Shown here: positions 54,189-64,000 of the stretch, piece after piece
Position numbering within the stretch: position 1 is the stretch's first letter
How the letters are laid out: every line of letters begins with the position of its first letter
Origin: Eledone cirrhosa
Lineage: Eukaryota
Direction of reading: 5' to 3'
Assembly: GCA_964016885.1 (NCBI GenBank)
Contig: OZ024741.1
Span: forward strand, 415,152,001-415,216,000
Length of the DNA: 64,000 bases
The notes under the pieces: model-generated
What the model saw: the letters and a program-made list of their open reading frames with translations, nothing else
Told to the model about the DNA's origin: nothing
Databases searched by the model: none
Position numbers and translations under genes: made by a program

Positions 54189-57059
54189 TTATCTGGCCAG
54201 AATTTTCTCACTTCTTTCTGTTCAAACCAGCTGTGTCTGACCAGAATTCTCTCACTTCTTTCTGTTCAAACCATCTGTATCTGACCAGAATTCCCTCTCC
54301 GCTTTCTGTTTAAACCATCTGTAACTGCCCAGAATTCTGTCACTTCTTTCTGTTCAAACCAGCTGTATCTGACCAGAATTCTCTCACTTCATTCTGTTCA
54401 ACCCAGCTGTATCTGACCAGAATTCTCTCACCTCTTTCTGTTCAAACCAGCTGTATCTGCCCAGAATTTCCTCACTTATTTCTGTTCAAACCAGCTGTAT
54501 CTGCCCAGAAATCCCTCACCTCTTTCTGTTTAAACCAGCTGTATCTGGCCAGAATTCCCTCACTTCTTTCTGTTTAAACCTTCTGTATATGCCCACAATT
54601 TTCTCACCTCTTTCTGTTCAAACCAGCTGTATCTGACCAGAATTCTCTCACCTATTTCTGTTCAAACCAGCCATATCTGCCCAGAATTCCCTCACCTCTT
54701 TCTGTTCAAACCAGCTGTATCTGACCAGAATTCTCTCACTTCTTTCTTTTCAAACCAGCTGTTTCTGCCCAGAATTCTCTCACCTCTTTCTGTTCAAACC
54801 AGCTGTGTCTGCCCAGAATTCCCTCACCTCTATTTGTTCAAACCAGCTGTATCTGACCAGCATTCCCTCACCTCTTTCTGTTCAAACCAGCTGTATCTGG
54901 CCAGAATTCTCTTACCTCTTTCTGTTCAAACCAGCTGTATCTGCCCAGAATTCCCTCACTTCTTTCTGTTCAAACCAGCTGTATCTGCCCAGAGTTCCCT
55001 CACCTCTTTCTGTTCAAACCAGCTCTATTAGACCAGCATTCCCTCACCTCTTTCTGTTCAAACCAGCTGTATCTGGCCAGAATTCCCTCACCTCTTTCTG
55101 TTTAAACCAGCTGTATCTGGCCAGAATTCTCTCACTTGTTTCTGTTCAAACCAGCTGTATCTGGTCAGAATTCTCTCACTTATTTCCGTTTAAACCAGCT
55201 GTATCTGGCCAGATTTCTCTCACTTCTTTTTATTCAAACCAGCTGTATATGACCAGAATTCTCTCACTTCTTTCTGTTCAAACCAGCTGTATCTGCCCAG
55301 AATTCCTTCTCCTCTTTCTGTTCAAACCAGCTGTATCTGACAAGAATTCCCTCTCCTCTTTCTGTTTAAACCATCTGTATCTGCCCAGAATTCTGTCACT
55401 TCTTTCTGTTCAAACCAGCTGTATCTGCCCAGAATTCCCTCACCGCTTTCTGTTCAAACCAGCTGTATCTGCCCAGAATTCCCTCACCTCTTTCTGTTTA
55501 AACCTTCTGTATATGCCCAGAATGTTCTCACCTCTTTCTGTTCAAAGCAGCTGTATCTGCCCAGAATTCCCTCACTTCTTTCTGTTCAAACCAGCTGTAT
55601 CTGACCAGCATTCCCTCACCTCTTTCTGTTCAAACCAGCTGTATCTGGCCAGAATTCTCTTACCTCTTTCTGTTCAAACCAGCTGTATCTGCCCAGAATT
55701 CCCTCACCTCTTTCTGTTCAAACCAGCTGTATCTGGCCAGAATTCCATCACCTCTTTCCGTTCAAATCATCTGTATCTGCCCAGAATTCTCTCACTTCTT
55801 TCTGTTCAAACCAGCTGTATCTGACCAGAATTCCCTCACCTCTTTCTGTTTACACCTTCTGTATATGCCCAGAATTTTCTCACCTCTTTCTGTTCAAAGC
55901 AGCTGTATCTGCCCAGAATTCCCTCACTTCTTTCTGTTCAAACCAGCTGTATCTGCCCAGAATTCCCTCACCTCTTTCTGTTCAAACCAGCTGTATCTGG
56001 CCAGAATTCCCTCACCTCTTTCTGTTCAAATCATCTGTATCTGCCCAGAATTCTCTCACTTCTTTCTGTTCAAACCAGCGATATCTGCCCAGAATTCCCT
56101 CACCTCTTTCTGTTCAAACCAGCTGTATCTGACCAGAATTCTCTCACTTCATTCTGTTCAAACCAGCTGTATCTGACCAGAATTCTCTCACCTCTTTCTG
56201 TTCAAACCAGCTGTATCTGACCAGAATTCTCTCACCTCTTTCTTTTCAAACCAGCTGTATCTGCCCAGAATTCTCTCACCTGTTTCTGTTCAAATCAGCT
56301 GCATCTGGTCAGAATTCTCTCACTTCTTTCTGTTTAAACCAGCTGTATCTGGTCAGAATTCTCTCACTTCTTTCTGTTCAAACCAGCTGTATGTGACCAG
56401 AATTCCCTCACCTCTTTCTGTTCAAACCAGCTGTATCTGCCCAGAATTCCCTCACCTCTTTCTGTTCACAACAGCTGTATCTGCCCAGAATTCCCTCACT
56501 TCTTTCTGTTCAAACCAGCTGTATCTGCCCAGAATTCTCTCACCTGTTTATGTTCAAACCAGCTGTATCTGGTCAGAATTCTCTCACTTCTTTCTGTTTA
56601 AACCAGCTGTATCTGGCCAGAATTCTCTCAATTTATTTCTGTTCACACCAGCTGTATCTGACCAGAATTCCCTCACCTCTTTCTGTTCAAACCAGCTGTA
56701 TCTGACCAGAATTCTCTCACTTCTTTCTGTTCAAACCAGCTGTATCTGCCCAGAATTCCCTCACCTCTTTCTGTTCAAACCAGCCGTATCTGCCCAGAAT
56801 TCTCTTACCTCTTTCTGTTCAAACCAGCTGTATCTGCCCAGAATTCCCTCACCTCTTTCTGTTCAAACCAGCTGTATCTGACCAGAATTCTCTCACCTGT
56901 TTCTGTTCAAACCAGCTGTATCTGGCCAGAATTTTCTCACTTCTTTCTGTTCAAACCAGCTGTGTCTGACCAGAATTCTCTCACTTCTTTCTGTTCAAAC
57001 CAGCTGTATCTGCCCAGAAATCCCTCACCTCTTTCTGTTCAAACCAGCTGTATCTGCCC

Positions 57060-58800
57060 AGAATTCTCTCACCTCATTCGGTTCAAACCAGCTGTATCTG
57101 TCCAGAATTCCCTCACCTCTTTTTGTTCAAACCAGCCGTATCTGCCCAGAATTCCCTCACCTCTTTCTTTTTAAACCAGCTGTATCTGACCACAATTCTC
57201 TCACTTCTTTCTGTTCAAACCAGCTGTATCTGGTCAGAATTCTCTCACTTATTTCCGTTTAAACCAGCTGTATCTCGCCAGATTTCTCTCACTTCTTTTT
57301 ATTCAAACCAGCTGTATCTGCCCAGAATTCCTTCTCCTCTTTCTCTTCAAACCAGCTGTATCTGACCAGAATTCCCTCTCCTCTTTCTGTTTAAACCATC
57401 TGTATCTGCCCAGAATTCTGTCACTTCTTTCTGTTCAAACCAGCTGTATCTGCCCAGAATTCCCTCACCTCTTTCTGTTTAAACCTTCTGTATATGCCCA
57501 GAATGTTCTCACCTCTTTCTGTTCAAAGCAGCTGTATCTGCCCAGAATTCCCTCACCTCTTTCTGTTCAAACCAGCTGTATCTGGCCAGAATTCCCTTAC
57601 CTCTTTCCGTTCAAATCATCTGTATCTGCCCAGAATTCTCTCACTTCTTTCTGTTCAAACCAGCTGTATCTGACCAGAATTCTCTCACTTCATTCTGTTT
57701 ACACCTTCTGTATATGCCCAGAATTTTCTCACCTCTTTCTGTTCAAAGCAGCTGTATCTGCCCAGAATTCCCTCACTTCTTTCTGTTCAAATCAGCTGTA
57801 TCTGCCCAGAATTCCCTCACCTCTTTCTGTTCAAACCAGCTGTATCTGGCCTGAATTCCCTCACCTCTTTCTGTTCAAATCATCTGTATCTGCCCAGAAT
57901 TCTCTCACTTCTTTCTGTTCAAACCAGCGATATCTGCCCAGAATTCCCTCACCTCTTTCTGTTCAAACCAGCTGTATCTGACCAGAATTCTCTCACTTCA
58001 TTCTGTTCAAACCAGCTGTATCTGACCAGAATTCTCTCACCTCTTTCTGTTCAAACCAGCTGTATCTGACCATAATTCTCTCACCTCTTTCTTTTCAAAC
58101 CAGCTGTATCTGCCCAGAATTCTCTCACCTCATTCTGTTCAAACCAGCTGTATCTGTCCAGAATTCCCTCACCTCTTTCTGTTCAAACCAGCCGTATCTG
58201 CCCAGAATTCCCTCACCTCTTTCTTTTTAAACCAGCTGTATCTGACCACAATTCTCTCACTTCTTTCTGTTCAAACCAGCTGTATCTGGTCAGAATTCTC
58301 TCACTTATTTCCGTTTAAACCAGCTGTATCTCGCCAGATTTCTCTCACTTCTTTTTATTGAAACCAGCTGTATCTGCCCAGAATTCCTTCTCCTCTTTCT
58401 GTTCAAACCAGCTGTATCTGACCAGAATTCCCTCTCCTCTTTCTGTTTAAACCATCTGTATCTGCCCAGAATTCTGTCACTTCTTTCTGTTCAAACCAGC
58501 TGTATCTGCCCAGAATTCCCTCACCTCTTTCTGTTTAAACCTTCTGTATATGCCCAGAATGTTCTCACCTCTTTCTGTTCAAAGCAGCTGTATCTGCCCA
58601 GAATTCCCTCACTTCTTTCTGTTCAAACCAGCTGTATCTGCCCAGAATTCCCTCACCTCTTTCTGTTCAAACCAGCTGTATCTGGCCAGAATTCCCTTAC
58701 CTCTTTCCGTTCAAATCATCTGTATCTGCCCAGAATTCTCTCACTTCTTTCTGTTCAAACCAGCTGTATCTGACCAGAATTCTCTCACTTCATTCTGTTC
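57060..58800. repeat. Local 1,056-bp (24-monomer) offset duplication
   Basis: TATCTCGCCAGATTTC at 57271 and 58327, with the flanking marker monomers in the same order. Confidence 0.75.
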
Positions 58801-59660
58801 AAACCAGCTGTATCTGACCAGAATTCTCTCACCTCTTTCTGTTCAAACCAGCTGTATCTGCCCAGAATTCCCTCACTTCTTTCTGTTCAAACCAGCTGTA
58901 TCTGCCCAGAAATCCCTCACCTCTTTCTGTTCAAACCAGCTGTATCTGCCCAGAATTCTCTCACCTCATTCTGTTCAAACCAGCTGTATCTGCCCAGAAT
59001 TCCCTCACCTCTTTCTTTTCAAACCAGCTGTATCTGACCAGAATTCTCTCACTTCTTTCTGTTAAAACCAGCTGTATCTGGCCAGAATTCTCTCACTTCT
59101 TTCTGTTCAAACCAGCTGTATCTGACCAGAATTCTCTCACCTCTTTCTGTTCAAACCAGCTGTATCTGCCCAGAATTCTCTCACCTCTTTCTATTCAAAC
59201 CAGCTGTATCTGGCCAGAATTCCCTTACCTCTTTCCGTTCAAATCATCTGTATCTGCCCAGAATTCTCTCACTTCTTTCTGTTCAAACCAGCTGTATCTG
59301 ACCAGAATTCTCTCACTTCATTCTGTTCAAACCAGCTGTATCTGACCAGAATTCTCTCACCTCTTTCTGTTCAAACCAGCTGTATCTGCCCAGAATTCCC
59401 TCACTTCTTTCTGTTCAAACCAGCTGTATCTGCCCAGAAATCCCTCACCTCTTTCTGTTCAAACCAGCTGTATCTGCCCAGAATTCTCTCACCTCATTCT
59501 GTTCAAACCAGCTGTATCTGCCCAGAATTCCCTCACCTCTTTCTTTTCAAACCAGCTGTATCTGACCAGAATTCTCTCACTTCTTTCTGTTAAAACCAGC
59601 TGTATCTGGCCAGAATTCTCTCACTTCTTTCTGTTCAAACCAGCTGTATCTGACCAGAAT
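58670..59660. repeat. Local 528-bp (12-monomer) tandem duplication
   Basis: CCCTTACCTCTTTCCGTTC at 58694 and 59222; GTTAAAACC at 59061 and 59589. Confidence 0.8.
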
Positions 59661-62600
59661 TCTCTCACTTCTTTCTGTTCAAACCAGCTGTATCTGACCA
59701 GAATTCCCTCACCTCTTTCTGTTCAAACCAGCTGTATCTGACCAGAATTCTCTCACTTCTTTCTGTTCAAACCAGCTGTATCTGCCCAGAATTCCCTCAC
59801 CTCTTTCTGTTCAAACCAGCCGTATCTGCCCAGAATTCTCTTACCTCTTTCTGTTCAAACCAGCTGTATCTGCCCAGAATTCCCTCACCTCTTTCTGTTC
59901 AAACCAGCTGTATCTGACCAGAATTCTCTCACCTCTTTCTGTTCAAACCAGCTGTATCTGCCCAGAATTCCCTCACCTCTTTCTGTTCAAACCAGCCGTA
60001 TCTGCCCAGAATTCCCTCACCTCTTTCTGTTCAAACCAGCTGTATCTGGCCAGAATTCCCTTACCTCTTTCCGTTCAAATCATCTGTATCTGCCCAGAAT
60101 TCTCTCACTTCTTTCTGTTCAAACCAGCTGTATCTGACCAGAATTCTCTCACTTCATTCTGTTCAAACCAGCTGTATCTGACCAGAATTCTCTCACCTCT
60201 TTCTGTTCAAACCAGCTGTATCTGCCCAGAATTCCCTCACTTCTTTCTGTTCAAACCAGCTGTATCTGCCCAGAAATCCCTCACCTCTTTCTGTTCAAAC
60301 CAGCTGTATCTGCCCAGAATTCTCTCACCTCATTCTGTTCAAACCAGCTGTATCTGCCCAGAATTCCCTCACCTCTTTCTTTTCAAACCAGCTGTATCTG
60401 ACCAGAATTCTCTCACTTCTTTATGTTAAAACCAGCTGTATCTGGCCAGAATTCTCTCACTTCTTTCTGTTCAAACCAGCTGTATCTGACCAGAATTCTC
60501 TCACCTCTTTCTGTTCAAACCAGCTGTATCTGCCCAGAATTCTCTCACCTCTTTCTATTCAAACCAGCTGTATCTGGCCAGAATTCTCTCACTTCTTTCT
60601 GTTTAAACCAGCTGTATCTGGCCAGAATTCTCTCACCTCTTTCTGTTCAAACCAGCCGTATCTGCCCAGAATTCCCTCACCTCATTCTGTTCAAACCATC
60701 TGTATCTGACCAGAATTCCCTCTCCTCTTTCTGTTTAAACCATCTGTATCTGCCCAGAATTCTGTCACTTCTTTCTGTTCAAACCAGCTGTATCTGCCCA
60801 GAATTCCCTCACCTCTTTCTGTTTACACCTTCTGTATATGCCCAGAATTTTCTCACCTCTTTCTGTTCAAAGCAGCTGTATCTGCCCAGAATTCCCTCAC
60901 TTCTTTCTGTTGAAACCAGCTGTATCTGCCCAGAATTCCCTCACCTCTTTCTGTTCAAACCAGCTGTATCTGGCCAGAATTCCCTCACCTCTTTCTGTTC
61001 AAATCATCTGTATCTGCCCAGAATTCTCTCACTTCTTTCTGTTCAAACCAGCAATATTTGCCCAGAATTCCCTCACCTCTTTCTGTTCAAACCAGCTGTA
61101 TCTGACCAGAATTCTCTCACTTCATTCTGTTCAAACCAGCTGTATCTGACCAGAATTCTCTCACCTCTTTCTGTTCAAACCAGCTGTATCTGACCAGAAT
61201 TCTCTCACCTCTTTCTTTTCAAACCAGCTGTATCTGCCCAGAATTCTCTCACCTGTTTCTGTTCAAATCAGCTGCATCTGGTCAGAATTCTCTCACTTCT
61301 TTCTGTTCAAACCAGCTGTTTCTGCCCAGAATTCCCTCACTTCTTTCTGTTCAAACCAGCTGTATCTGCCCAGAATTCCCTCACCTCTTTCTGTTCACAA
61401 CAGCTGTATCTGCCCAGAATTCCCTCACTTCTTTCTGTTCAAACCAGCTGTATCTGCCCAGAATTCTCTCACCTGTTTATGTTCAAACCAGCTGTATCTG
61501 GTCAGAATTCTCTCACTTCTTTCTGTTTAAACCAGCTGTATCTGGCCAGAATTCTCTCAATTTATTTCTGTTCACACCAGCTGTATCTGACCAGAATTCC
61601 CTCACCTCTTTCTGTTCAAACCAGCTGTATCTGACCAGAATTCTCTCACTTCTTTCTGTTCAAACCAGCTGTATCTGCCCAGAATTCCCTCACCTCTTTC
61701 TGTTCAAACCAGCCGTATCTGCCCAGAATTCTCTTACCTCTTTCTGTTCAAACCAGCTGTATCTGCCCAGAATTCCCTCACCTCTTTCTGTTCAAACCAG
61801 CTGTATCTGACCAGAATTCTCTCACCTGTTTCTGTTCAAACCAGCTTTATCTGGCCAGAATTTTCTCACTTCTTTCTGTTTAAACCAGCTGTATCTGGCC
61901 AGAATTCTCTCACCTCTTTCTGTTCAAACCAGCCGTATCTGCCCAGAATTCCCTCACCTCATTCTGTTCAAACCATCTGTATCTGACCAGAATTCCCTCT
62001 CCTCTTTCTGTTTAAACCATCTGTATCTGCCCAGAATTCCCTCACTTCTTTCTGTTCAAACCAGCTGTATCTGCCCAGAATTCCCTCACCTCTTTCTGTT
62101 TACACCTTCTGTATATGCCCAGAATTTTCTCACCTCTTTCTGTTCAAAGCAGCTGTATCTGCCCAGAATTCCCTCACTTCTTTCTGTTGAAACCAGCTGT
62201 ATCTGCCCAGAATTCCCTCACCTCTTTCTGTTCAAACCAGCTGTATCTGGCCAGAATTCCCTCACCTCTTTCTGTTCAAATCATCTGTATCTGCCCAGAA
62301 TTCTCTCACTTCTTTCTGTTCAAACCAGCAATATTTGCCCAGAATTCCCTCACCTCTTTCTGTTCAAACCAGCTGTATCTGACCAGAATTCTCTCACTTC
62401 ATTCTGTTCAAACCAGCTGTATCTGACCAGAATTCTCTCACCTCTTTCTGTTCAAACCAGCTGTATCTGACCAGAATTCTCTCACCTCTTTCTTTTCAAA
62501 CCAGCTGTATCTGCCCAGAATTCTCTCACCTGTTTCTGTTCAAATCAGCTGCATCTGGTCAGAATTCTCTCACTTCTTTCTGTTCAAACCAGCTGTTTCT

Positions 62601-64000
62601 GCCCAGAATTCCCTCACTTCTTTCTGTTCAAACCAGCTGTATCTGCCCAGAATTCCCTCACCTCTTTCTGTTCACAACAGCTGTATCTGCCCAGAATTCC
62701 CTCACTTCTTTCTGTTCAAACCAGCTGTATCTGCCCAGAATTCTCTCACCTGTTTATGTTCAAACCAGCTGTATCTGGTCAGAATTCTCTCACTTCTTTC
62801 TGTTTAAACCAGCTGTATCTGGCCAGAATTCTCTCAATTTATTTCTGTTCACACCAGCTGTATCTGACCAGAATTCCCTCACCTCTTTCTGTTCAAACCA
62901 GCTGTATCTGACCAGAATTCTCTCACTTCTTTCTGTTCAAACCAGCTGTATCTGCCCAGAATTCCCTCACCTCTTTCTGTTCAAACCAGCCGTATCTGCC
63001 CAGAATTCTCTTACCTCTTTCTGTTCAAACCAGCTGTATCTGCCCAGAATTCCCTCACCTCTTTCTGTTCAAACCAGCTGTATCTGACCAGAATTCTCTC
63101 ACCTGTTTCTGTTCAAACCAGCTTTATCTGGCCAGAATTTTCTCACTTCTTTCTGTTCAAACCAGCTGTGTCTGACCAGAATTCTCTCACTTCTTTCTGT
63201 TCAAACCATCTGTATCTGACCAGAATTCCCTCTCCGCTTTCTGTTTAAACCATCTGTAACTGCCCAGAATTCTGTCACTTCTTTCTGTTCAAACCAGCTG
63301 TATCTGACCAGAATTCTCTCACTTCATTCTGTTCAACCCAGCTGTATCTGACCAGAATTCTCTCACCTCTTTCTGTTCAAACCAGCTGTATCTGCCCAGA
63401 ATTTCCTCACTTATTTCTGTTCAAACCAGCTGTATCTGCCCAGAAATCCCTCACCTCTTTCTGTTTAAACCAGCTGTATCTGGCCAGAATTCCCTCACTT
63501 CTTTCTGTTTAAACCTTCTGTATATGCCCACAATTTTCTCACCTCTTTCTGTTCAAACCAGCTGTATCTGACCAGAATTCTCTCACCTATTTCTGTTCAA
63601 ACCAGCCATATCTGCCCAGAATTCCCTCACCTCTTTCTGTTCAAACCAGCTGTATCTGACCAGAATTCTCTCACTTCTTTCTTTTCAAACCAGCTGTTTC
63701 TGCCCAGAATTCTCTCACCTCTTTCTGTTCAAACCAGCTGTGTCTGCCCAGAATTCCCTCACCTCTATTTGTTCAAACCAGCTGTATCTGACCAGCATTC
63801 CCTCACCTCTTTCTGTTCAAACCAGCTGTATCTGGCCAGAATTCTCTTACCTCTTTCTGTTCAAACCAGCTGTATCTGCCCAGAATTCCCTCACTTCTTT
63901 CTGTTCAAACCAGCTGTATCTGCCCAGAGTTCCCTCACCTCTTTCTGTTCAAACCAGCTCTATTAGACCAGCATTCCCTCACCTCTTTCTGTTCAAACCA

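Larger units (their letters stand above)
1..64000. repeat. 44-bp monomer tandem satellite array (~1,450 copies), head-to-tail, running off both window edges
   Basis: GAATTC recurs every 44 bp (e.g. 12, 56, 100, 144). Consensus GAATTCYCTCACYTCTTTCTGTTCAAACCAGCTGTATCTGVCCA. Three sites are highly polymorphic (pos 7 C/T, pos 13 C/T, pos 41 C/A/G). No non-repeat sequence or orientation switch was seen. Confidence 0.99.
50750..64000. repeat. 8,935-bp-offset duplication (203 monomers +3 bp): ~50,750-55,065 repeated at ~59,685-64,000, second copy cut by the window edge
   Basis: ORF starts 51488/60423, 53180/62115 and 54834/63769. The private variant TCTCCGCTTT...GTAACTG has its G at 54301/63236. 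Confidence 0.92.

Noticed and set aside
49-63966. All plus-strand ORFs in the track (60-383 aa, 44-aa periodic, e.g. QTSCICPEFPHLFLFKPAVSAQNSLTSFCSNQLYLPRI)
   Set aside because: 44 is not a multiple of 3, so every frame gives the same 132-bp/44-aa cycle. ORF ends are set by TGA/TAA variants and starts by sporadic ATG/GTG/TTG variants. Stops and frameshifts are freely tolerated and no domain is recognisable.
1-64000. CRISPR array or other repeat-spacer system
   Set aside because: There are no unique spacers (monomers abut directly), no leader and no cas genes.
1-64000. Tandem micro-exon gene on the minus strand (CAG|AAAGAG|GTGAG)
   Set aside because: The implied introns are 38 nt with no pyrimidine tract on that strand, and no unique exons are present.
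1-64000. Variant order as an information-bearing code, or a synthetic construct
   Set aside because: The variant order is explained by nested duplications and inherited private mutations typical of natural satellites.
1-64000. Transposon insertions, inversions, telomeric repeats, G-quadruplexes, triplex tracts
   Set aside because: None seen by eye. Minus-strand GGG runs are too sparse for G4. The 17-nt pyrimidine tract is short, interrupted and not a clear mirror repeat.

Overview
The whole 64 kb window is one uninterrupted, single-orientation tandem array (satellite DNA) of a 44-bp monomer, about 1,450 copies. The consensus is GAATTCYCTCACYTCTTTCTGTTCAAACCAGCTGTATCTGVCCA (about 45% GC, about 68% pyrimidine on +, no CpG). 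I see no credible gene, RNA gene, transposon, inversion or unique sequence, and every listed ORF is a by-product of the repeat. The array has no single fixed higher-order repeat. Instead, an ordered cassette of marker monomers (minimum spacing 1,277 bp) recurs about 29 times and is overlaid by nested, near-identical duplications with offsets of about 3.39, 6.65, 8.94, 11.5 and 13.07 kb. The organisation looks like eukaryotic (peri)centromeric or heterochromatic satellite, but I cannot name the family or species. I cannot demonstrate a new biological system. The best leads are (i) splice-signal-like motifs on both strands of every monomer and (ii) a monomer built from tiled (quasi-)palindromes whose recurrent variants perfect or invert them. 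Counts and breakpoints were read by eye and are approximate.
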